A model generated the notes under the pieces. That model had not been told where the DNA came from, ran no database searches, and worked only from the letters and a program-made list of their open reading frames with translations. A DNA stretch of 63,596 nt, filler included, from Octopus bimaculoides (taxonomy: Eukaryota): assembly GCF_001194135.2 (NCBI RefSeq). It is 8 parts of 8 records of this genome, joined end to end, with 100 filler letters (N's around TTAATTAATTAA, not from the genome) between each part and the next. Parts side by side here need not be neighbours in the genome. Positions count along the whole stretch, not along the records: positions 29,381 to 48,441 come from NC_069003.1; positions 48,542 to 52,955 come from NC_069006.1; positions 53,056 to 63,596 come from NC_069008.1; 5 more parts are not named here. One strand, 5' to 3'. A program made the translations under genes and the position numbers. Positions 40,040 to 53,329 of the stretch are shown piece after piece (within the stretch, counting starts at the first letter, position 1; each line of letters opens with the position of its first letter).

Positions 40040-40690
40040 TGAAGTTTGTGCCAAAATAATTGCGGTTTTTAGCCATTATCTTCAAAGCAATAAAACTCAG
40101 CTCGGAATAAATTTTATTTATCGAAATAATAATAACCATTAGAGTATACATTTTGTTGCCAAGCAGAAACAAGACTTTTTAAAAATTATTCCGGTGATAT
40201 AGAATACTAGAATCTTGGAGCGATTCAGTTCTCTGAATGTGCTTTGAACTACTGCGTGGTTTTGAAAGACCTTGCTTTTGAAGTTATTTCGGTTCTATAA
40301 AAAGTTTCAACTAATCGTGGGGAGAACTGTACGTGATGTTCCGGTTGATATTCGTCACCCAGTTCGTTCAATTTTTGCTGTGTCACTTGTAAACGTTTGG
40401 CTGAGTTTTGACATGGTGAAGACATAGTGGTTCTCCATTGTCGATGATTGACGTAAATGCAACGGTTTTCGGTGCGCTTTCTCGACTTCCTGACAATGCT
40501 TCCCTGTCGTTATTGTTTCGTCTGGATTCAAGAAATATTAAAGGAAGATTTTACTTGCCTCACCAGTGTGATCATAATATTCTAGTGATGCAGGTCCGAT
40601 TTGAGAAAGTATTATTTTGTGATTCACAACAACCCAACGAATGATTAGAGCATCTCTGGTTTTCTTACGAGAAAACGTTTAAATGTCAAA
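40040..40690 (-). mobile_element. Old mariner remnant (Hsmar1-like TIR)
   Basis: The TIR-like GTGCCAAAATAATTGCGGTTTTT resembles GGTGCAAAAGTAATTGCGGTTTT. The minus strand gives decayed PDETIT, QVTQQKLNELG and SPTD motifs. Confidence 0.6.
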
Positions 40691-41383
40691 ATGTTTAAAT
40701 GTTCTGAAAACTTTCACTGGCTTGGATTTTTTATTATCTCATTCTGTTAATTTTTATATATGTATATATGCATGCTACTACATGACCTACGTTGCACTCC
40801 TTATTCGCATAATCACTGAACCTGGAGCTTAACTATAATCTCTCCATAGCACTTACTCAGCATCACCTGACACCTTTGGGTCTTCTTGACACGAATACCT
40901 CTCATGCCTTCGGTATATATANNNNNNNNNNNNNNNNNNNNNNNNNNNNNNNNNNNNNNNNNNNNNNNNNNNNNNNNNNNNNNNNNNNNNNNNNNNNNNN
41001 NNNNNNNNNNNNNNNNNNNNNNNNNNNNNNNNNNNNNNNNNNNNNNNNNNNNNNNNNNNNNNNNNNNNNNNNNNNNNNNNNNNNNNNNNNNNNNNNNNNN
41101 NNNNNNNNNNNNNNNNNNNNNNNNNNNNNNNNNNNNNNNNNNNNNNNNNNNNNNNNNNNNNNNNNNNNNNNNNNNNNNNNNNNNNNNNNNNNNNNNNNNN
41201 NNNNNNNNNNNNNNNNNNNNNNNNNNNNNNNNNNNNNNNNNNNNNNNNNNNNNNNNNNNNNNNNNNNNNNNNNNNNNNNNNNNNNNNNNNNNNNNNNNNN
41301 NNNNNNNNNNNNNNNNNNNNNNNNNNNNNNNNNNNNNNNNNNNNNNNNNNNNNNNNNNNNNNNNNNNNNNNNNNNNNNNNNNN

Positions 41384-41440
<57 letters not shown>

Positions 41441-42920
41441 TGCACATATATATGTCTGTAACTGTCGATATATAATCTAGATCTGTACATTTTTTTATGT
41501 TTTGTAATTCTCCTTCTTCACCTTTAATTCTTCTTGTCTTTCTCTCCTTCTTTTTTTTTCACGTCACAAAATTCTTTTTTATCAAGATGGCGGAAAAGTT
41601 AGAGAAATTTCACGATAAGAAAGAAGAAGCCAAAAAACATGAGTGAACAAATGAAAACGTCAATAGGAAAAGAAATTGGGAGAAAAAACAAGAAAGGTTT
41701 CGGTTCATTTGTGACATTGAGATGGTATCGCGGCCACGGCTCTTTGATGTATTTCTATCAATTACAGAAATACTGTTTAATGGGCGCTGTAAATGCACGG
41801 TCTCGTCTCATCTCATCCTATATAATCGCATCTCTCATAATATCTACAGTGAAATTTATATGGATGCATATATGTATGTTTATACGTAGGACGGTATGCA
41901 TAATACTTGTATGAGCCTGTGTTTGCATAGACACATACATACGTGCAGATATAATACACATACACACGCACACACACACGCATATGCCGGCACACACACA
42001 CGTATATATATATATATATAGTCCTATGAAAGTATATAGATTTGCATATAAATATGTACATATATGTGTGTGTGTACGAATGCGTATATATATATATATA
42101 TATATANNNNNNNNNNNNNNNNNNNNNNNNNNNNNNNNNNNNNNNNNNNNNNNNNNNNNNNNNNNNNNNNNNNNNNNNNNNNNNNNNNNNNNNNNNNNNN
42201 NNNNNNNNNNNNNNNNNNNNNNNNNNNNNNNNNNNNNNNNNNNNNNNNNNNNNNNNNNNNNNNNNNNNNNNNNNNNNNNNNNNNNNNNNNNNNNNNNNNN
42301 NNNNNNNNNNNNNNNNNNNNNNNNNNNNNNNNNNNNNNNNNNNNNNNNNNNNNNNNNNNNNNNNNNNNNNNNNNNNNNNNNNNNNNNNNNNNNNNNNNNN
42401 NNNNNNNNNNNNNNNNNNNNNNNNNNNNNNNNNNNNNNNNNNNNNNNNNNNNNNNNNNNNNNNNNNNNNNNNNNNNNNNNNNNNNNNNNNNNNNNNNNNN
42501 NNNNNNNNNNNNNNNNNNNNNNNNNNNNNNNNNNNNNNNNNNNNNNNNNNNNNNNNNNNNNNNNNNNNNNNNNNNNNNNNNNNNNNNNNNNNNNNNNNNN
42601 NNNNNNNNNNNNNNNNNNNNNNNNNNNNNNNNNNNNNNNNNNNNNNNNNNNNNNNNNNNNNNNNNNNNNNNNNNNNNNNNNNNNNNNNNNNNNNNNNNNN
42701 NNNNNNNNNNNNNNNNNNNNNNNNNNNNNNNNNNNNNNNNNNNNNNNNNNNNNNNNNNNNNNNNNNNNNNNNNNNNNNNNNNNNNNNNNNNNNNNNNNNN
42801 NNNNNNNNNNNNNNNNNNNNNNNNNNNNNNNNNNNNNNNNNNNNNNNNNNNNNNNNNNNNNNNNNNNNNNNNNNNNNNNNNNNNNNNNNNNNNNNNNAGG
42901 TGTTTATATATGTATATTTA

Positions 42921-42963
<43 letters not shown>

Positions 42964-43789
42964 ATCGATATATATATTTGTGTGTGTGTGTGTGTGTATT
43001 TGTTAGTCTGTGTAACTAACTTTAAAATATATATAATTATAATATGTATACGTACGTACATAGATACATACACACACATACATGCCTATATATATATAAC
43101 TATATATGCATATATATGTACAAACATATATATATAAATATATATATATATACATATATATACATATACATATATATACATATATATATATACGTAGAAT
43201 TCATATTCCGCCCGGGTCCACTTACCAATCTATCTAACTTGTGTTGACAATGTTATGTACATGTCAAGCTCTGTGATGAACAGAATCAATTACTTCCTCA
43301 CGCCTTAAACTTCAGACTCCATAGATATATTAGAGACAATTATTAAAACTAGCAGATTTGCCGAACCTCTAGTGCGTCGAACAAAATACCTCACGATATT
43401 TTTTAAGGTTCGTTGCGCTCTCTCTTGTGTTTTACCTTTCTAATTGATCAAATAAGTACTATTCCAAGTACCCGTTTCTCCCACGTTCCTCAACGTTGTT
43501 GATCTTATCTTCTAGGATCTAGGTTCAATTCTTGCCAAGGTTAACTTTGCCTTTAAAACCACCGTAGTCGATATGTTTCAATACCTGTCACGTACTGGAG
43601 TTAACATAATCGGCTCCTTCAATTTCTGGTCTTGTATTTCAAACGTTTTTATTACTGGTGAAGCTGAAGGGCTTGTAAACAAAGACCTTCTTTTTCCGTC
43701 GTGCCTATATCGTCTTTTTCAAGATCCACGACAAACTTTTACACTTCCTACATGAATGGTACACCAGAGATCACCCTCAAATTATTACT

Positions 43790-43995
43790 AAATGTAAGGC
43801 GTCGAGCATACAGAATCGTGAGCAGACCGGGCGAAATGCTTAGCGGTATTTAGTCTGTCTTTACGTTCTGAGATCAAATTCCACCGAGTTCGACTTTGTC
43901 GAAAAATTAAGTACAAGTTGCATACTGGGGTCGGTCTAATAGACTGGCCCCCACCCAACCCCAAAATTTCGGGACTTGCGCCTAGAGTAGAAAAT
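43790..43995 (+). mobile_element. Nin-domain SINE retaining its CpGs
   Basis: GACCGGGCGAAATGCTTAGCGGTATTT...CAAATTCCACCGAG.TCGACTTTG...TACTGGGGTCG. Confidence 0.7.
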
Positions 43996-44311
43996 ATTAC
44001 TAAAAGAGCTTGATATATGCAAAAATAGTTGTGCTTCAGACAATATTCCTTCTCGCATTCACTTAACATTCTCTATGCTGTGCTGAAAGGTAAAGGAACG
44101 CCATACTTAGGTTTGCCTTCCATCCTCCTTCGATCGAGAAAAATAAAGTACTTGCTTTTTAATTGGTACTTTGATCGACCAATTGGAAGAGCGGCAAATA
44201 TGATGCTTCAGTTACACTTCTATGCTGAGGTCATATCTCGTTATTCATAATTTTCCCCTTCATCTCTCCAAAGGGTAATTATAATAAGCCACCACTCAAA
44301 TACCGAGTTGG

Positions 44312-44361
<50 letters not shown>

Positions 44362-45085
44362 ATTGCGATAATGCATCTTTGATGTGACAAGAATTGCCAC
44401 AGAAGACACAACCACCCCATACTGATGGCTATATGAATTTAGACAAACAGACAGACACTATTATGTGTTAATTAACTTTAAGGTGAGAAACACGAAATTA
44501 GAAATACGTGATAATTACGGATTTAGAATATTGTCTTCACTAATCGTGTGAATGAAATTATCACCAAAACCGTCTCCAGGAATAACAAACATTGCCAAAA
44601 TAACTACTTTTACAAAATGAGTCGTCTACGTGACTCGCTAATATTTTATAATCTTCGTAAGTATGGCTGTCACTAATCCTTTACATACAAGCATACATAC
44701 ATACACACACACATATATATATATAGGCAAGAGTGCACTGACACGAATATGTATATATGTATGCATATATCTATCTATCTATCTATCTATCTATCTACCT
44801 ATGTATGTATGTTATCTATGTATGTATGTATGTATGTATCTATCTATCTATCGATCTATCTACATATATATATATATGCATGTGTGTGTATGTATGTGTA
44901 TGTGTTCGTGCGTGTGTATGTGTGTGAATGAACAAACGTAAGAACAAGCACCCATCACAGTTAATATTAGTTACACATATGTCTAATAAAAGATTGGGTT
45001 TGACTTAGCTCCACATGACTCAAAGTTTCATGGGTGCATAGGACACAACCGTCAGACTAGATTCTAGGAGCATGAGTGTATAATA

Positions 45086-45142
<57 letters not shown>

Positions 45143-46669
45143 TGGGAAGAGAGAGAGAGAGGGGAGATAGAGAGAGGGGAGAGAGAGAGAGGGGAGAGAG
45201 AGAGAGAGACAGACAGAGAGACAGAGAGAAAGGCAGACAGAGAAAGAGAGATGGAGGAAGACTTATACATCAGTGTTCCATATTATGAACAGGTTAAATG
45301 TGAATAATCAACAACCGGCCCAAAAACAGTGACCTCGTCTCTTCTGATACACCACATATCGATTTAACGCAACAAATTGCATAGTTAATCACCTGTACTA
45401 TTTAATTCAAGTATGCCTATCTGTCTCTCTGTTCTGCAGTATCATTCATCATTGAGAGAAACAGTCGCATATGTGAATGTTCATCCAGGCGTCACCGAAC
45501 ACTTGGCTGAAGGGCGCTAAGTAAGTGACACATGATTAGTAGTGGGTGACATAATTATATTGGCTGGCGTTGTCAAGTCATCGATGATTCGTGTTCAGTC
45601 TTCAAGCGTTCTATTAATCAATTGGTGTTAAATAAATTCATAACGTGCGTGCGCATCTGTCCACATACTCTCTTACTTACGTATGTATATACATATATGT
45701 ATATATCTGTATATATATANNNNNNNNNNNNNNNNNNNNNNNNNNNNNNNNNNNNNNNNNNNNNNNNNNNNNNNNNNNNNNNNNNNNNNNNNNNNNNNNN
45801 NNNNNNNNNNNNNNNNNNNNNNNNNNNNNNNNNNNNNNNNNNNNNNNNNNNNNNNNNNNNNNNNNNNNNNNNNNNNNNNNNNNNNNNNNNNNNNNNNNNN
45901 NNNNNNNNNNNNNNNNNNNNNNNNNNNNNNNNNNNNNNNNNNNNNNNNNNNNNNNNNNNNNNNNNNNNNNNNNNNNNNNNNNNNNNNNNNNNNNNNNNNN
46001 NNNNNNNNNNNNNNNNNNNNNNNNNNNNNNNNNNNNNNNNNNNNNNNNNNNNNNNNNNNNNNNNNNNNNNNNNNNNNNNNNNNNNNNNNNNNNNNNNNNN
46101 NNNNNNNNNNNNNNNNNNNNNNNNNNNNNNNNNNNNNNNNNNNNNNNNNNNNNNNNNNNNNNNNNNNNNNNNNNNNNNNNNNNNNNNNNNNNNNNNNNNN
46201 NNNNNNNNNNNNNNNNNNNNNNNNNNNNNNNNNNNNNNNNNNNNNNNNNNNNNNNNNNNNNNNNNNNNNNNNNNNNNNNNNNNNNNNNNNNNNNNNNNNN
46301 NNNNNNNNNNNNNNNNNNNNNNNNNNNNNNNNNNNNNNNNNNNNNNNNNNNNNNNNNNNNNNNNNNNNNNNNNNNNNNNNNNNNNNNNNNNNNNNNNNNN
46401 NNNNNNNNNNNNNNNNNNNNNNNNNNNNNNNNNNNNNNNNNNNNNNNNNNNNNNNNNNNNNNNNNNNNNNNNNNNNNNNNNNNNNNNNNNNNNNNNNNNN
46501 NNNNNNNNNNNNNNNNNNNNNNNNNNNNNNNNNNNNNNNNNNNNNNNNNNNNNNNNNNNNNNNNNNNNNNNNNNNNNNNNNNNNNNNNNNNNNNNNNNNN
46601 NNNNNNNNNNNNNNNNNNNNNNNNNNNNNNNNNNNNNNNNNNNNNNNNNNNNNNNNNNNNNNNNNNNNN

Positions 46670-46701
<32 letters not shown>

Positions 46702-47154
46702 GCACATACTCGCACAATCTACATCGGAAATATACACGCGCCCACACATACACTTAGTCGTGTGGGTTTGTGTGTTTATATGGGTAGCTATATATGTATG
46801 TATTTATGTATGCATGTATATGAGTATGTATGTAGGTAAGTGTGTATATATTTGTGTGTTTACACCGTTGCAATTAGGAATATTTCGCTGAATAAACGAC
46901 TGGAGAGTTTGTTAGCCAATATAATGTTGAGTCATTCGTATTCATTAATTACGTCTCTCTCTCTGTTTCTATCCCTATGTCTTTCTTTACACACACACAG
47001 ACACACACACACGCACACACACACACACACACTCACACACACACCCACACACACACATGCAAATACACAGACATAGTACTCATATATATATATGTGTATA
47101 TAAGCTAATTTAGTATTAAATCCTATAGCAAGAAGGAAAATAATGAGTATGATA

Positions 47155-47276
<122 letters not shown>

Positions 47277-48236
47277 AATAGCACTGGTTATACAGACGCT
47301 ACGCAGACAATGGTACGTCCATATGCAAAAAATGTCAAATATACATGCATACATACATACATACATGAAGGCATACATATATACATACATATATTTGTAC
47401 ATATGTATGCAGGCACGTATGTGTGTGTGTGTGAGTATGTGTCTGTGCGTATGCATGTACGTGCATTTGAATGTATGGTAGGGATTGGAATCGGTAGCAA
47501 CCGCTATGAGATTAATTTCTTTTGGAAGGATTACATAGTTCCGCGTAAATGCATAGCTATGACTTCACTCTTTGCTCGTATACGCGCAGAAAATAGAAGT
47601 ACGAGGCTCTACTTTCATATATGATATTGAATATACTGTGTAAAAATTAAAAAAATGAAAGAAAAAATCATTTGGATCTGAAGTTAAAAAGTGAAGGCGC
47701 TTATCTAGGTACTATACAATGCTGTAGTTAATCTTAGTTATTGCTTGATCCAGGAATTAAGTTCTGTCATAGAAACGAGCTGTACAAAACATATGCTTCA
47801 ATAATTGCAAATACACCTTATTGTTAAAATATTGACGAATATGCGACAAACACAGCACACGTCTGCTCCAAATCAGCCATGGCACTACGATGCCCTGACA
47901 CGAGTTTCCATCGTAGTTGGACATACTGTGAAGACAAACACGTCATTTCTATAGAAAGCGAAATAGCAGACGCTTCAGTCTGGTCTACACTGGATGGCTG
48001 GCTCTCTCGTGAGTTCGTCTATCATTTTAGAAGTCTTGTCTCTCACAATGCTGAATGCTCAGAGTCACACAAGTCACCGAGCAATCTTAGTAGGTTTGCC
48101 AGTTTAGTTGCAGACGATCTGACCATTCAACAAGTTGTATCGGAGTTAGATGTTACCAGCAGCGCTTTGAAGCCGCCTGATATCATACAAATATAAATGC
48201 ATACTGTACCTACACACATATGTATGCATACATATC

Positions 48237-48284
<48 letters not shown>

Positions 48285-48937
48285 CACACACAGAGAGAAA
48301 GAGAGAGAGAGCCATTCATGTGCATACACTGTACACACATACACACACACATATACTTTTATATACATATATGTATATATATATATATATATACATATAC
48401 ACATACATACATACATACACACACACATATATATATATATANNNNNNNNNNNNNNNNNNNNNNNNNNNNNNNNNNNNNNNNNNNNTTAATTAATTAANNN
48501 NNNNNNNNNNNNNNNNNNNNNNNNNNNNNNNNNNNNNNNNNTATATACATATTACGTAATGTATTATATCTATGAAAATATTTGTCTTGGTAGACACAAA
48601 CATATAGCTGTACACGAATGTAAATGTATGTCTGAGTGTGTATACAGATGAATGTGTTTATGTATATTATCCACACGAATCCATCTCCGTGTGTGGGAGA
48701 TAGAGCGCCTGTGAGAGTGTGAAATTGTTGCGCATATGTATCAGATAAATTAATGCATATTTCAAAGAGCATGATATGCTCATGTCTGTGTAGAGATGCA
48801 TGAAAACCGCAATTTGGCACTTGCTTTCTTGAGATGTTATGTGAAAGCCACACACACAAGCGCGCGAGCGGGCCATAAAAACTCCATTCATACATGCGCT
48901 TAACAACACTCACACCCGATGACACATCTGTGTGTAT

Positions 48938-48976
<39 letters not shown>

Positions 48977-49336
48977 ATTTGTATGTATATATAGATGTAC
49001 GTCTGTGTGAATATATATATATATATATANNNNNNNNNNNNNNNNNNNNNNNNNNNNNNNNNNNNNNNNNNNNNNNNNNNNNNNNNNNNNNNNNNNNNNN
49101 NNNNNNNNNNNNNNNNNNNNNNNNNNNNNNNNNNNNNNNNNNNNNNNNNNNNNNNNNNNNNNNNNNNNNNNNNNNNNNNNNNNNNNNNNNNNNNNNNNNN
49201 NNNNNNNNNNNNNNNNNNNNNNNNNNNNNNNNNNNNNNNNNNNNNNNNNNNNNACACACATACATATATATGTCTAGATATCTAGATATATGTATATACA
49301 TGTTTGTATATATATATATATATATATATACATATA

Positions 49337-49716
49337 CAGGATGACCTAAAATAAAAACGGAACTCACACAAATCTTTGAATAAAATGACGCAGAGGGATA
49401 GATCGAGACGAACAGTGGCTCCAGCAAGATGGAGACCCCCCCACACACACAGACACACACACATCAAATGACTTCTCCTGGCTGAGAGACCGATCTCGGG
49501 AGAGACTGACTGATCAGCAGGAAGTGTGACGTTGAGCGGGCACCGCATTCACTGGAGTTGAACCGCCCAGGTTGTTATCTGTGGAGGTATTCTCAAGGAT
49601 AACGGTTACCAGAACTACCCTCAAACGATTGGTGACCTGCAGGTAGCAACCACAGCAGAAATCAGGGGAATCCCCAAAGATGAATGCGTTCGTGTAATTG
49701 ACAATTTTGCGCGACG
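49337..49716 (+). mobile_element. Tc1/mariner remnant, DD41D-like (rosa/VS-type), internally deleted
   Basis: TA|CAGGATGACC terminus. Across frameshifts it decodes as EQWLQQDG.PPHT...WLRDR..ERLISRKCDVE.APHS..LN...YLW..LKDN.YQNYPQTIGDLQVATTAEIRGIPKDECVRVIDNFARR. The D-to-D spacing of about 41 is a hand reconstruction. Confidence 0.7.
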
Positions 49717-50309
49717 TTTTCCATTTCGAGCATTTTTTTGTCCATTCTTCAGTTAAAACTGTCTCCAGTTCTTGTAGTGATGATGGTGGAGGATATCGAC
49801 TCCTTAATTGTTTTTCTAAAATGCACCATAAATGTTCAATAATATTGAGATCTGGGCACTGTGGTGGCCAGATAAAATATTCAACATCACTAGAATGTTC
49901 CTCGTGCTATTCAATATTTGAAAGTTTTGGTTTTCTTCCGGAGTTTTGTTTCAACGAGGAATATTTTTTTCCGTCTTTCTCTTTCTCAAAAGCTGTCATT
50001 ACTTTCGAGACAGTTACTTCATGATACACCAAACATTTCGGCTGTTTTCGTTACGCTACCACCTGCCACACGAGCACCAACAATGTGATATCTTTGAAAG
50101 TCCGATAGATCTCTCATTTTAGTGAATTTTAATTACCCCTTTCTGACGATATCTCAAAAAGAAATAGCAATTTTAGCAAAACATATTAAGCAACACTAAT
50201 AATAAATTTTAAAAAATAAATAAATAAACAAGCTTTTGACGGTTTTATGGATATCTCGAAATTATGACACCATGATGCTAAGTATTTCCATTATTTTGTC
50301 CAACCCCTG
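49717..50309 (-). mobile_element. Tc1 (DD34E-type) element, internally deleted and 3'-truncated
   Basis: TIR TA|CAGGGGTTGGACAAAATAATGGAAATAC at 50311-50281 (minus). The N-terminus MRDLSDFQR..IVGARVAGGSVTKTAEMFGVS...NSGRKPKLS is fused directly to WPPQCPDLNIIEHLWCILEKQLRSRYPPPSSLQELETVLTEEW. Confidence 0.85.
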
Positions 50310-50806
50310 TACATATATATTTCACTGCTATACCCTTCTGTCCCTTCCTCCTTGTTCCACTTCCTCCCTCCACCATCCTCTCTGCTCTCGTGTGACCTGT
50401 GGTCAACTTTCTTTTCACTCCAGCCGCTGTGAAGGCAAGACGAACTACTAGCGTTCTACCTCAGATTTGCGTTTGGCCGTACGGCTTTTCAATGTTGTTT
50501 TCACTGTCCAATTTTTCCTGTCTTGGTTTGTGTTTGCCACCTTGGAATCCTCTGTGTAGTGAGTTGATCCACTACTCAGGAAGAGACTATTCTAGAGTAC
50601 GTTCTGTCTTATCTTCGAAACGTCTAGATAGAATAGAGACAGTTGATGAAGGGATATTCCAAGTGGCTTTCCGTTTTCCTATGTGTTCGTTCCGGTGTCT
50701 GTAGTTTATTGTTCTAACGTCCTGTACCCTGATATGCATATATATACACATGTAGATGTAAGTATGTACATATATGTGTGTATACATGTATATATATTCT
50801 TTGTAT

Positions 50807-50843
<37 letters not shown>

Positions 50844-51446
50844 ATGAACATAAAGCAAAACAACTATTTAAACAGCGATGTAATTATGAAATATTTACAC
50901 CATCATCTAATGCCAAAATGAAGAACAGCAACAAGAACAACAAAAACGAAAGCTTGAAGAATAAGTAACATTGAAAATATAAGAACAAACAAACGAACAT
51001 TATCATATGACACTATCGCCACGAAAACAAGAATAACAAGATGATTAGATATGATAACTAAATAGCAACGCAAATGTTCTTTCAAGAATCTGGCAGTTAG
51101 GAAGAATTTGAATGTTAGTCTATTACGTAACATCTGGATATCTACAAATTTCTCTAATGGATATTCCTCCGAGAGTTTGGGGTACCATGTCTTACTGATA
51201 TCTTTTGATTGTTCTATCTTATCAGATAGATTATAGATTAACATAGATGACATGCATGTGGCAACATCATTAATATCTTTTAATGGGAGTGGATTGGTAG
51301 GATCGGTAGAGACCCTACTAGGGTGGCCTAGGGTTTTGAGTTCAAACCCTGCGGAGGATGACAACAGTTTTTAAACCATCCTCGCTGGATTGCTGACAGA
51401 AAGTAGCCGGCTACTATATGTATGTATACGTATGTATGTATATATA

Positions 51447-51790
51447 ATGATGTTGAGGTGGTTTGGCCACATGGAGAGGATGAATGGGAGCGGATGGTAA
51501 GGAGGGTGATGAAGGCAGAAGAGGTAGGCAGCAGAACCAGAGGCAGACCTCGGTTGTGCGGATGGATGGAGTGAGGAAATATTTGGTGGTTAGAGTTGTT
51601 TGGAGTGAGAGAGGCAAAATAGTTTATAAATGATAGGAAAGCTGGGAGAGTGTTTGTGGATGGATGAGTGAATTTGATGTTGCTCAAAGAGGTACGGAAC
51701 CAGCATGATGTGGCAGGGGTAAACCAGTATATGTTGACGGACCCCCCTGCTGATATCGGGGGTTGCGTTCTATGCTTTGACCCGAGCATA
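51447..51790 (+). mobile_element. RTE LINE 3' fragment (second RTE family)
   Basis: MLRWFGHMERMN..RMVRRVMKAEEVGSRTRGRPRL..MDGVR, followed by a putative 3' UTR. Confidence 0.7.
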
Positions 51791-52913
51791 GGACGGGTTG
51801 GCTTCTTTGAGCTAGCTGGGAAATGAATGGAATACCTGGTGTGTATCTCGCTGTGGTTACCCCCTCCTAAAACAATGGGGAACAGGCCTGGGTATATATG
51901 AAATATATATATATATGTATATATATATATATCGTCGAAGTCATCTTGAGACGGAAGCAGACCACTTGATAAATTCAGTAACTTCAGGCAAATACTCCAA
52001 GAGTTCCAGAGGTTCCTGTGAATGAATTTGCTTTGAATAGATCATGCGTTCCACAGCACTGAATCCACTTTTCAGCGCACTCCGCTTCAACACCAGCGGC
52101 ACAACAGATGCTGTGGCGATCAGAAACTGGTAGCACTTTATGGTTTTTTGTCTTTTTTTACACGGGTTGATCTTCTAGAAGAAACTTCTAACGAGAGGTA
52201 AGGATCCTTAACTCCCAGCAGTTCATATGATAGTTAATCCATAGCGAGGACACATACAGATGCTGCTACTCCAGATCAGAGTAAATCTAGGACAATAGTG
52301 GTTAAAAGATGGTTCCACACGCTTCCAAAAAAAAATAAGTAACTGATACTACCGTATAAAAATAACAGAATATAAGCATAAAAGATAAAAATACAAAGAT
52401 CGACTGTAATATATTTATTAAACCTCCAGTACGCCAGGAAATTTCAAGACCAGAGAGATATTGCTCAAACAATTTAATCAACGACGCTCTCTCTTAAAAG
52501 TTGAAGGACTTCTGCTTGTTTCAAAAATTGTTATATTCATCGTATTTTGGTTGTTATTTTCTGGAGTTTCTTTTTTTTTGTTCCTTTTCTATTTAAGTAA
52601 AGTTTACTCATCATATAGAGGAAGGAAAACAAATAACCATTTTGTTTATCTTATTCCCACATACTCTAGGCAATGTTTAGCAACATATGGAGTACTAAAT
52701 TAAATTTGATTAAACAAGATTTAATCTACTAGATATTTTTTTTTTTTGGTATATGTACATGTAAGGAGGCGTCGACAAAATTACAATGAGACGAACTGGC
52801 AAGCACGCAGATATGGTTAAGACACACACACATAACACACACACACACGCGCAAGCATACAGGCAAATAACTCTATGCTTACATACACACACATATGATT
52901 ATATGCTTGTTTG

Positions 52914-52955
<42 letters not shown>

Positions 52956-53329
52956 NNNNNNNNNNNNNNNNNNNNNNNNNNNNNNNNNNNNNNNNNNNNT
53001 TAATTAATTAANNNNNNNNNNNNNNNNNNNNNNNNNNNNNNNNNNNNNNNNNNNNGATGATGATGATGATGGTGGTGGTGGCGATGATGATGATGATGGT
53101 GGTGGTGACGATGATGATGATGATGATAATGGTGGTGGCAGTGATGGTGGTGATAACGGTGATGGTGGTGGTGTTGATGGTGATGATGATGAAAATGATT
53201 GTGGTGATAATGGTAGCGGTGATGGTGATAATGATGATGGTGATAATGATGGTGGAGATGATGATGCTGATGGTGGTGGCACCAATGATAACCATCTGTC
53301 AGAGACAAAGGTAACCAGTCTATCGTAGA

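Noticed and set aside
41585-41594. YY1-like AAGATGGCGG as a promoter signal
   Set aside because: It is a single short motif followed by an ORF of only 19 codons, with no supporting promoter evidence.
42042-46891. ORFs of 300-400 aa in the supplied track
   Set aside because: They are almost entirely X (N gaps) flanked by (TA)n translations.
48145-48178. Minus-strand RLQSAAGNI resembling the talin C-terminal RLQAAGNAV
   Set aside because: An in-frame TAA follows immediately, so this is a chance match.
50903-51364. 153-aa minus-strand ORF
   Set aside because: It starts in a SINE fragment, ends in a low-complexity repeat, and has no recognisable domain or splice support.
51958-52040. Minus-strand LELLEYLPE resembling talin F2 LKDFLPKEY
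   Set aside because: The similarity is weak and the donor is poor.
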